From contig JBNLED010000067.1 of the NCBI GenBank assembly GCA_050304755.1, positions 1 to 59,909 of the forward strand: DNA of 59,909 bases, in the 5' to 3' direction. This document shows, piece by piece, positions 47,122 to 57,900 of the stretch; position 1 is the stretch's first letter, and every line of letters begins with the position of its first letter. The notes below the pieces were generated by a model. It saw nothing but the letters and a program-made list of their open reading frames with translations. It had not been told where the DNA came from and did no database searches. Both the position numbers and the translations under genes were made by a program. The stretch comes from Polyangia bacterium (GTDB taxonomy: Bacteria > Myxococcota_A > Polyangia > JAAYKL01).

Positions 47122-49656
47122 ATGAGACAACCTTATTACTTCGTTTGGATTTTTATTTCCGGGATGGTGGCATCCACTGTCGGATGTTGGAGCCAGAAGC
47201 CGGAGAAATTTTCAGGGGACAGCGAGGCGATCGAGACAGAGGAGGAGACGGAACCGCGGGACGCAGAAGAGCGGGAGACCGATCCGCTCTCAGAATGCCT
47301 CCAATTGAAAGAGGTGATGACCTCGGAGGTTTCCCCCGCGGGGGTGCGCACCGTGTTTCAACTGCTCGATTGCGACGGTTCCCCCATCACCGATCTCCGC
47401 GATGACGAGCTCACGGTGCTCCTCGATGGGGAGGAGATCCGCGAGGAGGGGGATCGGGCCTCCGTGCTGACCCAGGAGGTGGAGTTCTCCAACTACGCCC
47501 TGCTGCTCCTCGACATGTCGGATTCAATCGTCAACACGGGCACTTTGGATTCGATGGTGGCGGCGGCCCGGGCCCTGGCCTTCGAGCTCATCGACCAAGA
47601 GGTGAAGATCGCCATCTACCGGTTTGCCGGCCCCAACTACTTCGCCGAGGTTCAGCCGTTTACCCTCGACGAGGCGGCCGTCGACGACGCCCTGGACGAG
47701 CTGGCGACGTCTGACGGGCTGGGGACCACGGATCTCTACGGCGCCATTCCGCGAGCTATCGACGCTTTGGAGGCCGAGGGGGCGAGCGAACGAGTCCTGA
47801 CCTCACGGACCCTAATCGTCTTCACCGACGGTACGGACGAGGCCATGACCGCCACCTTCGACAGCACGAACCAGGCGGTTCAACGCTCAAAGGCGCAGGT
47901 GTTCACCGTGGGGATGGGGGAGGCGGTCGACCGGAACGAGCTGTCCACCCTGGGCAAGAACGGCACCGCCTGGGCCGAAGACGCGGATGCCCTGAACGAC
48001 GCCTTCGAGGAGGTCTCCCGCCAGATCGTGGATCGGGCCAGGTCGCACTACCTGATCGGCGTCTGCAGTCCGCGGGCGCAGGGCATCCGGACCCTCACCA
48101 TCGCGGTCGAGCGGGAGGAGAAGCGGGGGGCGTTGGAGGTGACCTACAACGCCTACGGGTTCGATATCGTCAGCTGCGATGCCGAGACGGTGGCGTTCCC
48201 CTGCAGGGAGCGGGAGTGCGGCACCATCGACGGATTTTCATGCGGCGTCTGCGGCACCGGGGAGCTCTGCAATGAGGAATATACCTGTGAGCAGGTCTGC
48301 TCGGAGGCGTTCGAGTGCGGTTCGCGCAACGGCGTGGATTGCGGTGACTGCACGGACCGGGGGGCGGAGTATGCCTGCGGTGACGATCACCGCTGTGTGG
48401 TGCCGTGCGAGGAGGCGGAGTGCGGGGTGTTGCTGGGGGTGGACTGCGGCGACTGCAGTCACCTCGGCGAGACCTTCGGGTGTGACGAGCAGCATGCGTG
48501 CGTGGACGCCTGCGCCGACGCGGAGTGCGGGATCGTGGATGGGGTGGACTGCGGCGACTGCGGTCACCTCGGCGAGACCTTCGGGTGTGACGAGCGGCAT
48601 GCGTGTGTGGACGCGTGCGCCGACGCGGAGTGCGGGATCGTGGATGGGGTGGACTGCGGCGACTGCGGTCGCCTCGGCGAGACCTTCGGGTGTGACGAGC
48701 AGCATGCGTGTGTGGACGCGTGCGCCGACGCGGAGTGCGGGGTGGTGCTCGGGGTGGATTGCGGGGATTGCGGTCACCTCGGCGAGCGCTTCGGGTGTGA
48801 TGACGACTACCGCTGTGTGGATGCGTGCGGGGCCTCCGAATGCGGCACTCGCCTCGGGGTGGACTGCGGTCCCTGCGCCGACGGCTTCGAGTGCTCGCCG
48901 GACGATGTCTGCGTTCCGGTGTCGCTACCGGATATCTCCTGGGCATTCGTCCCCGGCGCGACAGTGACCCTTGGCTGCACCCTCGTCACCGATCCCGACT
49001 GTGACGTCGACGAGGTCGCCCACGACGTGCAGCTCTCGGACTTCTGGATCATGGCCTCCGAGGTCACCGTGGAGAATTACGACGCCTGCGTGGCGGCCGG
49101 GGCCTGCGACCCGCTGCTCATCGACACGGGCGATGAGTGCAATAGAAACGCGAACCGGCCCTCCCATCCCATCAACTGCATCGAGTGGGAAGGGTTGCGA
49201 CAGTTCTGCGACTTCATCGACAGCGAGATCCCCACCGAGGCCCAATGGGAGCGGGCCTATCGGGGAGATCACGACGGTAACCTCGAGCCCTACTGGATCT
49301 ATCCCTGGGGGAGCTCGCCGGCGCCGAGCTGCGATCGGGTGGTGATGAATGACGGCGGTCCGGGATGCGGCACCGCGGGAACCCTTCCCCGGGGGAGCCT
49401 GCCGGCGGGGCTCTTCGATCTGTACGACATGGCGGGCAACGTGGCGGAGTGGACGCGGGATTCCTACGCGGAGTCCTTTGCCGGCTGTGGTGATGGGCCT
49501 TGCGTGAATCCGGAGGGCCCGGAGCTCGGTGACGAGCGGGTCGTCCGGGGGGGATCGTTCAACGACATGTTCAGCTCCGCGTTTCGAACGGCAAAGCGGG
49601 ACAAGGCCGCGCCGGACAGCCGCTCGGCGGCCATCGGTGGGAGATGTGTAAAATAG
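47122..49656 (+). CDS. Secreted or lipoprotein combining a vWA-like domain, five tandem Cys-rich repeats of about 40 aa, and a C-terminal formylglycine-generating-enzyme (FGE/SUMF1, DUF323) domain.
   Basis: A GGGGAGG SD lies before the ATG at 47122. The signal peptide is MRQPYYFVWIFISGMVASTVGC. The vWA-like fold shows LLLLDMSDS...TLIVFTDGTDEA. Five repeats of ECGxxxGVDCGDCxxLGETFGCDEQHACVDACADA follow. The FGE signature is FWIMASEVTVENYDACV...HPINCIEWEGLRQFC...WTRDSY...RVVRGGSFNDMFSSAFRTAKRD. Confidence 0.7.
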   Translation: MRQPYYFVWIFISGMVASTVGCWSQKPEKFSGDSEAIETEEETEPRDAEERETDPLSECLQLKEVMTSEVSPAGVRTVFQLLDCDGSPITDLRDDELTVLLDGEEIREEGDRASVLTQEVEFSNYALLLLDMSDSIVNTGTLDSMVAAARALAFELIDQEVKIAIYRFAGPNYFAEVQPFTLDEAAVDDALDELATSDGLGTTDLYGAIPRAIDALEAEGASERVLTSRTLIVFTDGTDEAMTATFDSTNQAVQRSKAQVFTVGMGEAVDRNELSTLGKNGTAWAEDADALNDAFEEVSRQIVDRARSHYLIGVCSPRAQGIRTLTIAVEREEKRGALEVTYNAYGFDIVSCDAETVAFPCRERECGTIDGFSCGVCGTGELCNEEYTCEQVCSEAFECGSRNGVDCGDCTDRGAEYACGDDHRCVVPCEEAECGVLLGVDCGDCSHLGETFGCDEQHACVDACADAECGIVDGVDCGDCGHLGETFGCDERHACVDACADAECGIVDGVDCGDCGRLGETFGCDEQHACVDACADAECGVVLGVDCGDCGHLGERFGCDDDYRCVDACGASECGTRLGVDCGPCADGFECSPDDVCVPVSLPDISWAFVPGATVTLGCTLVTDPDCDVDEVAHDVQLSDFWIMASEVTVENYDACVAAGACDPLLIDTGDECNRNANRPSHPINCIEWEGLRQFCDFIDSEIPTEAQWERAYRGDHDGNLEPYWIYPWGSSPAPSCDRVVMNDGGPGCGTAGTLPRGSLPAGLFDLYDMAGNVAEWTRDSYAESFAGCGDGPCVNPEGPELGDERVVRGGSFNDMFSSAFRTAKRDKAAPDSRSAAIGGRCVK

Positions 49657-49677
49657 TTTTTAGCCCGAAACGGGCGA

Positions 49678-51573
49678 ATGGAGGAGAAGATGACAAGCCA
49701 TAAAACCTTATTGATGATGGTGTATTTCCTGGGGATCGTTGCGACGGGGTGCTCGTCAGAGCCCGACAGCCCCCCGCCGTCTGGAGAGGCGAATCCCGCG
49801 GACACAGGGGGCGCGGGGGACTACAGCGACGGGGATTCCGATGGCGACGCAGATGGGGACGCAGACTCCGATACAGATACAGATACAGATACGGACTCGG
49901 ACTCGGATACGGACTCGGACTCGGATACGGATTCGGATGCAGACACGGATTCGGATGCAGACACGGATTCGGATGCAGACACGGATTCGGACGCGGATAC
50001 GGATACGGACTCGGACTCGGATACGGATTCCGATTCAGATACGGATACGGACAGCGATTCTGACGGCGACACGGACACGGATGCGGACACGGACGCGGAC
50101 GTGGACGCGGATACGGACGCGGACGTGGACGCGGATACGGACGCGGACGTGGACGCGGATACGGACGCGGACGCGGACGGCGATACGGACGCGGATACGG
50201 ACACCGCCGAGGCGGACACCGAGGAGCCCGAGTGCGATCCCGAGGCCCAGGAGACCTATTACCTCTCCGCGGATGACTCGAACTCCATGGCCTCCCCGGT
50301 GGTGGCGCGGTGGCAGATCAACGCCGGCGGTATCGTCACCGCCGATATCCGGACCTACGAGTTCCTCAACTACTACACCTTCGACTATGAGCCCGCCGAG
50401 GCGGGCTCGGTGAGCATCTCGGCGGAGATGCGCCCCCTCGAGAGCGAGGGGAATCCGGAATACGAGCTGCAGATCGGCGTTCGTTCCGAGGATCGGTTGA
50501 ACGACGCCCGGCGGCCCCTCAACATCACCTTCTCGCTGGATACGTCGGGCTCCATGTCCGGCTCGCCGATAACGCGGATGAAGGCCGTGTTGAGGGCGAT
50601 CGCCGCCAACCTGCTGGACGGGGACGTGGTGTCCATCGTCGAGTGGAGCAACGTCACCGCCGTTCCCCTGGACTCCCTGACGGTTTCGGGGTCGGACGAT
50701 CCTACGCTCCTCGCGGCCATCGAGGGCATCGTGAGCGGAGGGAGCACGGATCTCCAGGGCGGGCTCCAGCGGGCCGCCGAGCTGGCCAACGCGAACTACA
50801 ACCCCCACGCCATGAACCGGGTGGTCCTGATCAGCGACGGCCAGGCCAACACCGGCATCACCGACCTCGATCTCATCGCCGATCTGTCCGAGGACACGGA
50901 GGGGGAGGGCATCTACATGCTGGGGGTGGGGGTCGGCAACGGGTATGACGACACCCTCATGGACAGGGTGACCGACAAGGGCAAGGGCGCCTACATCTTC
51001 ATCGATACCGAGGCGGAGGCCGAGGTCATGTTCGGGGACGAGCGGCGGTTCGTGTCCAATCTGGATATCGCGGCCCGGGCGGTGCGGGTCGGCCTGACGC
51101 TTCCGGTGGGGTGGTATCTCGATGTCGAGAAGTTCCACGGCGAGGAGGTCTCCACCAACGCCTCCGAGGTCGAGCCTCAGCACCTGGCCCCCAACGATGC
51201 GATGATCTTCCATCAGATCGTCGCGACCTGCGGGGATATCGCGGTGAGCGATGATGACGCCGTCCGCGTGGAGGCGAGCTACCGCGATCCGGCGACCCTG
51301 GAGGAGAAGAAGGATACCCTCGAGGTTCCCCTGGGAGACCTCTTCGAGGCCGGCAACATGGCCCTGAAGAAGGGCAGCGCTATCGTCGCCTACGCCGAGG
51401 CGCTGGACCAGATACAGACCCTCTATACGTCCATGAACAACTACGGAGAGATCGTCGCTATCCTGGACGAGGCCATGGCGACGGTAGAGGCGGCCCAATC
51501 CGCGCTGGCCGATCCGGAGCTCGCCGACATCCTCGAGCTCATGGCCATCTACCGCGGCAAGTTCGACAACTAA
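49678..51573 (+). CDS. Secreted von Willebrand factor A domain protein with an N-terminal (DSDTD)n acidic tract.
   Basis: The signal and lipobox are IVATGC. About 125 aa of D-S/A/T-D repeats are encoded by a 12-bp-period DNA repeat at about 49825-50205. The vWA MIDAS reads [14 protein letters not shown] ... [12 protein letters not shown]. Confidence 0.7.
   Translation: MEEKMTSHKTLLMMVYFLGIVATGCSSEPDSPPPSGEANPADTGGAGDYSDGDSDGDADGDADSDTDTDTDTDSDSDTDSDSDTDSDADTDSDADTDSDADTDSDADTDTDSDSDTDSDSDTDTDSDSDGDTDTDADTDADVDADTDADVDADTDADVDADTDADADGDTDADTDTAEADTEEPECDPEAQETYYLSADDSNSMASPVVARWQINAGGIVTADIRTYEFLNYYTFDYEPAEAGSVSISAEMRPLESEGNPEYELQIGVRSEDRLNDARRPLNITFSLDTSGSMSGSPITRMKAVLRAIAANLLDGDVVSIVEWSNVTAVPLDSLTVSGSDDPTLLAAIEGIVSGGSTDLQGGLQRAAELANANYNPHAMNRVVLISDGQANTGITDLDLIADLSEDTEGEGIYMLGVGVGNGYDDTLMDRVTDKGKGAYIFIDTEAEAEVMFGDERRFVSNLDIAARAVRVGLTLPVGWYLDVEKFHGEEVSTNASEVEPQHLAPNDAMIFHQIVATCGDIAVSDDDAVRVEASYRDPATLEEKKDTLEVPLGDLFEAGNMALKKGSAIVAYAEALDQIQTLYTSMNNYGEIVAILDEAMATVEAAQSALADPELADILELMAIYRGKFDN
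49825..50205. repeat. Coding 12-bp-period microsatellite (gacacggattcg / gacgcggatacg variants).
   Basis: Directly visible in lines 49861-50200. Confidence 0.7.
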
Positions 51574-52547
51574 TCGAAATCATCAGCGACACCCGGGCTG
51601 GCGCCCGTCGGATGGGACGCGAAGGCCAGGGGATCATCGTCCGGCAGCCCGGCGGCGATTCGCACCGCCGAGATCCCCTCGCTCGGTGGACCCGCCCCGC
51701 CGCGGTAGGTGCTGACGAGAGCGGCGTCGGCGTCGTAGAGCTCGATGGTCTCGGCCTCGGAGTTCTTCAGACCGTTGGAGGCGATGGAGCCGTCGAGGAC
51801 GATGTGGAGAGCGTTCGCGGCGAGGGGCGTCTCACCGGGGGCGCCGGGATCGTAATCCGGGGAGGTGATGACGGCCGTCTGTCCGGGGGCGAGCAGCATC
51901 CCGGGCGGAATCAGGTCGCCGTCAGCGTCGCCGTTATCGTCGATCATCCATCCGGAGAGGTCCGCCGCCGCCTCCCCGAGGTTGACGATCTCCACGAACT
52001 CCTGGTCCGGCTCCGCGCCGAGGGGATCCGCGAGGATCTCGGTGATGGCGATGGGGACACCGTCGGCGGTCCGGATTGGGATCTCCACGCCGGCCTCGTT
52101 GCCGTTGACATCCCGAGCGGTCACTGTCGCCGTCGCCTCCATGCCGCTCGGGCCGAACAACCCGCCGTGGTGGGCAGCGTCCCACGCCTCGGAGAAGACG
52201 CGGGACTCCCATCCCGCCGGGCCTTCAAGCGCCACCGTCGCCGGCTCATCGGTCTCGAACCGGAGCGAGATCCCGGCGGGGCCCGAGGCGACGCAGAACC
52301 CCTCGACCGTATCCTCCTCCGAAGCGCACGCCAAACCAATGATCGACGGCGGGGTGCTGTCCGACGGATTGGTCGCCGGCATCCCGGGCCCGTTTTCCGG
52401 CCCCCCTGCTTCCCCGCCGAAGTCGTTACCGGTCTCCTGTTCCGTGTCGAACGGCTCCATGTCGTCCAGGAGCTCCAAATCCAGACATCCGACCGCCGCC
52501 AGCATGAAGAGATACGTTGAAATTCCAATTGCGTTGCTTTTTGTCAT
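51570..52547 (-). CDS. Lipoprotein with a lamin-tail (LTD) domain.
   Basis: The probable start [21 protein letters not shown] has a lipobox; the track ORF runs to 52601. The LTD signature [39 protein letters not shown] is present. Confidence 0.6.
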   Translation of the reverse strand: MTKSNAIGISTYLFMLAAVGCLDLELLDDMEPFDTEQETGNDFGGEAGGPENGPGMPATNPSDSTPPSIIGLACASEEDTVEGFCVASGPAGISLRFETDEPATVALEGPAGWESRVFSEAWDAAHHGGLFGPSGMEATATVTARDVNGNEAGVEIPIRTADGVPIAITEILADPLGAEPDQEFVEIVNLGEAAADLSGWMIDDNGDADGDLIPPGMLLAPGQTAVITSPDYDPGAPGETPLAANALHIVLDGSIASNGLKNSEAETIELYDADAALVSTYRGGAGPPSEGISAVRIAAGLPDDDPLAFASHPTGASPGVADDFD

Positions 52548-52745
52548 CTGCGCCTTCCTTCCCGGCGCGGACTCTCCACGCCTCGCCCTCCTATCGGACA
52601 CTTCGCGCGGATTGTTGCCTGTCCAGATTGAATTTTCTGATTTTCGGAGAATATCGCCATGCCCTTACCGGACGATTTTCGCGCGTCGATTGAGAACACT
52701 TGTGCGGCCGTCTTCGCCGTGGATGACCCGGCGCTCCAACAGATA

Positions 52746-53939
52746 CTATGAGGCGGCGGGGCGGACGGGCAGCCTGAAGCGAAAGGTCGTGCCCTCATCC
52801 GAGGTTTCGAAGTCGACCCGGCCCTTGAGGTATCGCTCGCCGATGAGCTTCATGCTGTAGGTGCCGAGCCCGCGCCCCTTCTCCGTCTTGGTGGTGAAGT
52901 ACCGCTGGAAGATGCGACGGGCCGCGGTCTCGGGGATCTTCGCGGCGTTCCAGACCTCGAAGAGGTGCGCACCGTTTCGAAGGGAATGGGTGAGCCGGAC
53001 CTCTCCGCCCGGGTCCGTCGCCTCCAGGGCGTTCTTCACCATATTGACGATGATTCGGGAGAGTAGGGGCGGGTCTGTCCGGATGATCATGTCGGTGCCG
53101 TCGGATCGGGTGATCAGGCGGATCTCCTTGGTCACGAAGAGCCGATAGACGGTCTTGCGCGCGGTCTGAAAGATCTGGCCGATGGTGGTCTTCGATGACC
53201 TCAGGGTGTACTCGTTGTTCTCCATCGCGATGAGATCCCGATGGGAGTAGATGCACTCCAGGAGGTAGTCCGAGATGGAGACGATCTCCCGGGCGAAGGG
53301 GTGGCTCTCCTCTTCCGTAGATAGCAGATCGGCGTATCCCTGCAGCCCCTGGAGGTAGTTCAGGATATCGTGGAGGAAGACCCGCTGGAGCGCGTAGAAC
53401 AGTTTCTTTTCGCGGATGTCCTGAAAGGTCACGATGGTGAACTCATGCCCGTTGGCCGAGACCGGCCCGGCGCGGACCAGGAACTCCACCGCCTCGTTGT
53501 GGTGGTCCAGCTGCCGGGTCAAGAAGCACTCCTCCTCCACAAAGCTCCCTCGGGTTTGGCTCTCCACCACCGCGAGCACCGCTCCGCATGCCCGACAGGC
53601 GGGTCCGGTGCCGCAACCGTTCGGTGCGTTCTCGACATGGATACACCGGAAGGCCTCCCCCGGTCTGAGGCCGAGCACCTCTTCGGATGGCGAGATGTCG
53701 AGCATGGCGAACAACGCATCGTTGGCCGCGACGGCTTGCCGATGCCGGTTCAGAATGAGCGCGACCCCGCCCAGGGTTTTTAGTATCATGCTGGTAATCG
53801 GATGCTCGCATGCGACGTTGATCTGGGATTCCAGGAGGTCGAGATCCGCCCGTTCAGGACGCGCGAAGTAGGTCGCCTGTTGGCGGTCTTTTGCAGATGC
53901 GATGACGGTTTTACCGGATTTGTGCGGTCCAAGGGTCAT
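52746..53939 (-). CDS. Soluble sensor histidine kinase (sensory domain with a Cys cluster, HisKA, HATPase_c).
   Basis: The H-box region is RVFLHDILNYLQGL. The HATPase G-boxes are GRGLGTYSMKLIGERY. The sensory domain has CGTGPACRAC. It lies downstream of the OmpR-type regulator on the same strand. Confidence 0.8.
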   Translation of the reverse strand: MTLGPHKSGKTVIASAKDRQQATYFARPERADLDLLESQINVACEHPITSMILKTLGGVALILNRHRQAVAANDALFAMLDISPSEEVLGLRPGEAFRCIHVENAPNGCGTGPACRACGAVLAVVESQTRGSFVEEECFLTRQLDHHNEAVEFLVRAGPVSANGHEFTIVTFQDIREKKLFYALQRVFLHDILNYLQGLQGYADLLSTEEESHPFAREIVSISDYLLECIYSHRDLIAMENNEYTLRSSKTTIGQIFQTARKTVYRLFVTKEIRLITRSDGTDMIIRTDPPLLSRIIVNMVKNALEATDPGGEVRLTHSLRNGAHLFEVWNAAKIPETAARRIFQRYFTTKTEKGRGLGTYSMKLIGERYLKGRVDFETSDEGTTFRFRLPVRPAAS

Positions 53940-54082
53940 AGAGTTTCCCCCTATTCTCACGATGTCACTTAGTGCTGCCAGTCCATATTATCTCAGAATG
54001 GGATATTGTACACTCGTAAAGATCTCTGTTTTACCGAGAATTCGGTCCCGCCGTTAGAGGTGTCAATGGACGGGGGCAGGGA

Positions 54083-54781
54083 TCAGACAAGCTTGTATCC
54101 ATGCCCGTAGACGGTGAGGATGTAGGTGGGAGAGGCGGGATTGGGCTCGACCTTGCGCCGGAGCTTCATGATGAAGTTGTCGATGGTGCGGTTCGTGGGG
54201 TTGGCGTCGAACCCCCAGACATTGTCCAGGATATCGTCCCGCGTCACCACCTGCCCCCGGTGCTCCGCCAGCAGCTGGACGATGGCGGTCTCGTAGAAGC
54301 TGAGCAGCGTCTGCTTACCGTTCATGGTGACGGAGTTGTTTTCCACGTCGATGGTCGCATCACCGATCTCGACGATGGTGGACTCGATTCGGGACAGCGT
54401 GGAGAACCGCCGGAAGATGGCCCGGACGCGGGCGAGCAGCTCGCCGATAGAGAAGGGTTTGGTCACATAGTCGTCGGCGCCGGCCTCCAGACCGCGGATG
54501 ATGTCGTTTTCGAGAGAGCGGGCGGAGAGGATCAGGATCGGGACGACCTTGTCCCGGCGGCGGACCTGCTCACACACCTGGTAGCCGTTGATATCCGGAA
54601 GCATCAGATCCAGGATAATCAGATCCGGATGGAGATCCGCGGCCAGGGTGATCCCCCTCTCCCCGGTATCGGCTGCGGCGGTCTCGTACCCCTCGAATTT
54701 GAACGCATCCATCAGTCCGAGGATGAGGTCCTCTTCATCCTCGATGATTAGGATTTTCTGCTTTTTTTCCTCAGTTGCCAT
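54083..54781 (-). CDS. OmpR/PhoB-family response regulator (REC plus winged-helix Trans_reg_C).
   Basis: The receiver has ILIIEDEEDLILGL...LIILDLMLPDINGY...ILILSA. The C-terminal domain has PTNRTIDNFIMKLRRKVE...TVYGHGYKL. Confidence 0.85.
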   Translation of the reverse strand: MATEEKKQKILIIEDEEDLILGLMDAFKFEGYETAAADTGERGITLAADLHPDLIILDLMLPDINGYQVCEQVRRRDKVVPILILSARSLENDIIRGLEAGADDYVTKPFSIGELLARVRAIFRRFSTLSRIESTIVEIGDATIDVENNSVTMNGKQTLLSFYETAIVQLLAEHRGQVVTRDDILDNVWGFDANPTNRTIDNFIMKLRRKVEPNPASPTYILTVYGHGYKLV

Positions 54782-54850
54782 GTGGCTAGGATATCAAACC
54801 GTCCCAATCCGTCGAGGGCTATTGTGTTGTTCGGTGGAAAAGTATTGTAT

Positions 54851-56446
54851 TTATTCGTTATTTACGTCAGGCGGGGACGCCTCGGAAGGGGGTGGCGTCT
54901 CGTCAGGCGTGGACGATTCCTGGTTGTCCCCCTCTTGCCGGGGCGCGGTGGGGCCGGTGATGTGGATCTCGACGCGCTCGTTCTGCGCTCGGCCCTCCTT
55001 GGTCTTGTTGTCCGCGATGGGGTGGTCCTGGCCTTTCCCCACCGCCTCGATCCGGCCGTCGTCCACACCCCGGGAGACCAGAAACGCCTTTACGTTCTCG
55101 GCGCGACGCTCCGACGTCTTCTGATTCTTTTGTTTTCCTCCCGCGTTGTGGGTGTGCGCCTCGATGCGGATGGTCATGGCGGGATTCAAGGTCATCAGGA
55201 CCGCCACCTCCTCCAGCATCGGCACGGACCCCTCGATGATCTCGGCCTTGGCCTTGCCGAAGGCCACTTTATCCTTGAGCTCGATGCGATCCCCCTCGAG
55301 CCGGACGAAGTCGGGACAACCGTCTGTGTCCTCGACATCATTCTTTGTTTCGGGGATCATCGGACAGCGATCCTTGAGGTCCGGGATGCCGTCCTCGTCG
55401 TTGTCGGCATCCGGGCAACCGTCCTCGTCGTTGAAGCCGTCGCTGTCTTCGGCCGCGAGGGGGCACTTGTCCTTCTCATCCGCCAGTCCGTCATTGTCGT
55501 TGTCGTTGTCGGGGCAGCCGTCCCCGTCCTCGAACCCGTCCATGTCCTCGGCATCGTCCGGACACTCATCATCGGCGTTCAGGACGTCATCCTTGTCGTT
55601 GTCATTCTCGGCGCATCCCCGATTGGAGGCGACCCCGGCGACCTCCGGGCACTTGTCCTCCTTGTCCAGAACTCCGTCATTGTCATTGTCCTCGTCCGGG
55701 CAACCGTCATCATCCTCGAAATTGTCATTGTCCTCGGGGGCCAAGGGACATTTGTCATCATCGTCCTCGATGTTATCGTTGTCCGCGTCATCGGGCTTGA
55801 ACTTGCCGCCCACGGAGGCCTGGATTCCGAACGAGATGGCGTAGTACTCGAAGCCGTCTCCGATGGGCGTATGGGCGAACCGGACGAAGGGCCCCAGGTT
55901 GAAGTCCTTGGCGAGGGAGAGCTCGTACCCGAGCCCGACATTGTAACCGGCGTGCTCCTGGTTCTCATAGCTGTGGTAACCGAAGTGAGCGTCAATGAAG
56001 AGGTGTCCGGCGGCGTTCCCTCCGGGTTGGTTCAATGCGCCCTTCTTGTCGGCGAAGAGCCTCAAACGGAACCCCACGGTGGCGAACAGATCCTGAAGGG
56101 CGCCCTCGTCCCCTGAGGCGAACGCGTTGTATCCGACCAGAATGGAGAACGCGAGGGGATCGACGATGACCCAATCGATGCCAAGCGCCCCCTGGCCGCC
56201 GACCTTTCCCAGACCGCGACTGTCGAGCGCATCGCCCAGGGCGAAATCCGCCCCCGCGGTCAGCCGGACATTGAAGAATCGATGGTTGGGACGTTCGAGG
56301 GTCGCTGTTTGCGAGGGCTCCGCGCTTCGAGGGGACTGGGCCTCGGCTTCGGGGGCTGATTCTCCAAGCGCCGGAACAGCCGTCGAGACCGCCAGAATCA
56401 GTATCAGCGCCACCGCGCCAGTGAAAGGGTTACGTCTTTTTCTCAT
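54851..56446 (-). CDS. Outer-membrane OmpA-family protein with thrombospondin type-3 (Ca-binding) repeats.
   Basis: The signal peptide is MRKRRNPFTGAVALILILAVSTAVPALG. An N-terminal beta-barrel-like region precedes 8-9 D-x-D-x-D-G-x-x-D-x-x-D-x-C-P repeats. The C-terminal OmpA domain reads MTIRIEAHTHNAGGKQKNQKTSERRAENVKAFL...NERVEIHI. Confidence 0.8.
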   Translation of the reverse strand: MRKRRNPFTGAVALILILAVSTAVPALGESAPEAEAQSPRSAEPSQTATLERPNHRFFNVRLTAGADFALGDALDSRGLGKVGGQGALGIDWVIVDPLAFSILVGYNAFASGDEGALQDLFATVGFRLRLFADKKGALNQPGGNAAGHLFIDAHFGYHSYENQEHAGYNVGLGYELSLAKDFNLGPFVRFAHTPIGDGFEYYAISFGIQASVGGKFKPDDADNDNIEDDDDKCPLAPEDNDNFEDDDGCPDEDNDNDGVLDKEDKCPEVAGVASNRGCAENDNDKDDVLNADDECPDDAEDMDGFEDGDGCPDNDNDNDGLADEKDKCPLAAEDSDGFNDEDGCPDADNDEDGIPDLKDRCPMIPETKNDVEDTDGCPDFVRLEGDRIELKDKVAFGKAKAEIIEGSVPMLEEVAVLMTLNPAMTIRIEAHTHNAGGKQKNQKTSERRAENVKAFLVSRGVDDGRIEAVGKGQDHPIADNKTKEGRAQNERVEIHITGPTAPRQEGDNQESSTPDETPPPSEASPPDVNNE

Positions 56447-56552
56447 TTCGCACTCCAAGTCCGGTTGGGTTAAATACATCGAATAGTATCGCAACTTTGA
56501 AACAGAATGCTAGTTCGAACACCGAGGGAACGCAAGCACGAAAGAATTCGCG

Positions 56553-56981
56553 TCAGTGCATGAGGGATTCCCGAAGCCGTTCCCGGCTCGTGGGTTTGGG
56601 AACGAAGCAGTCCACCACCCCTCCCAGGTGAATGTGAAGATCCATGGGTTGGCTACCGGAGAAGAGCACCCGCCTTGTCTCAGGGGAGTTGCGCTTGATC
56701 TCCGTGAGGAGCCAGATGCCGTTCTCTCCGGGCATCTCGTAGTCCGTGAGGACGGCATCGAACGCTTTCTTGCCCAGAATTTGGATGGCCTCCGAGGCGC
56801 TGGACGCGGTTGTGATGTGCCACTCGTCACAAAGCAGACGCTGTGCGACTCTGAGCACCTGGGCATCATCATCGACGATGAGGAGGGTGGGCCTTTCCTG
56901 TTTGGACTTCCTGCGAATCGTGTAGGGAGGGAACAGCCGCCATCGTTTTTTCTGATGAGATCTCAGCCGCCTCATGTTCAC
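56553..56981 (-). CDS. Stand-alone CheY-like receiver domain protein.
   Basis: The receiver motifs LLIVDDDAQVLR...AVLTDYEMPGENGIWLL...RVLFSGSQP are present. Confidence 0.7.
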   Translation of the reverse strand: MNMRRLRSHQKKRWRLFPPYTIRRKSKQERPTLLIVDDDAQVLRVAQRLLCDEWHITTASSASEAIQILGKKAFDAVLTDYEMPGENGIWLLTEIKRNSPETRRVLFSGSQPMDLHIHLGGVVDCFVPKPTSRERLRESLMH

Positions 56982-57129
56982 ACTCCTCGATGCCCCCAGA
57001 TGATTTCCAGTAATTTTAGATTTGAACCTAACATGAACCGGTGTTCAGGGCAACAATTCAACCCAAAAAGTTCCTCCCCTATCGACTGGATTTATTAATA
57101 AATACAATAGTGATAATTCGGACTCGGGG

Positions 57130-57900
57130 CTATCGACGTTTGAATGAAGGAGACCTTTTTTCCAGAAAAGCCAACATCCCCTCTTTTTGATCCGCGGTGT
57201 CGAAGAGGACGCTGAAGGCCTGCTTTTCGAGCTCAATAGCGGCATCGATGGGGAGATCGACACCTGAATTCATGACCCGTTTGGCCGCTCCGACAGCGAG
57301 CCCCCCCCTTGAGACCATCAGCCTGACGCGATTGAGAACAACGGCTTCGAGCGCCTCGGGCTTGTGTACCGATCTCACCAGACCGATTTCCTTGGCCTTT
57401 CGGGCATCGATGATCTCTCCCGAGTAGATGAGCTCCTTTGCGGCGCCGCGCCCCACCAGCCGCGCGAGCCGCTGGGTGCCACCGAATCCGGGAATGATCC
57501 CGAGCCCCACCTCCGGCTGTCCGAACTTGGCGTCGGTGTCACAGTAGATGAGGTCGCAGGCCATGGCGAGCTCCATGCCGCCGCCGAGTGCATAGCCGTG
57601 GACCATCGCCACTACCGGTATCTCCAGCGTTTCAATGCGCGACATGACCCGGTGTCCCAGCTCGCTCAGGGCCAGAGCTTCCCGGGGGCCGAGAGCCTGC
57701 ATCTCGGAAATGTCGGCGCCCGCCGCGAAGGCGCGCCGATCTCCGGTGATGATGACGGCACAGACCGCATCATCGACGGCCCGATCGAGAGCGGACGAGA
57801 GTCCTTCGAGGACCGCGGTGTTGAGCGCGTTCAAGGCCTCGGGACGGTTCACGGTCATGGTGGCAATCGCTCCATCTTGATGGTATTTTATGGGGGGCAT
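57130..57900 (-). CDS. Enoyl-CoA hydratase / crotonase family protein.
   Basis: The start MPPIKYHQDGAIATMTVNRPEALNALN is at an ATG at 57900. The crotonase oxyanion-hole motifs are present (ITGDRRAFAAGADI ... GYALGGGMELAMACD). Confidence 0.8.
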   Translation of the reverse strand: MPPIKYHQDGAIATMTVNRPEALNALNTAVLEGLSSALDRAVDDAVCAVIITGDRRAFAAGADISEMQALGPREALALSELGHRVMSRIETLEIPVVAMVHGYALGGGMELAMACDLIYCDTDAKFGQPEVGLGIIPGFGGTQRLARLVGRGAAKELIYSGEIIDARKAKEIGLVRSVHKPEALEAVVLNRVRLMVSRGGLAVGAAKRVMNSGVDLPIDAAIELEKQAFSVLFDTADQKEGMLAFLEKRSPSFKRR

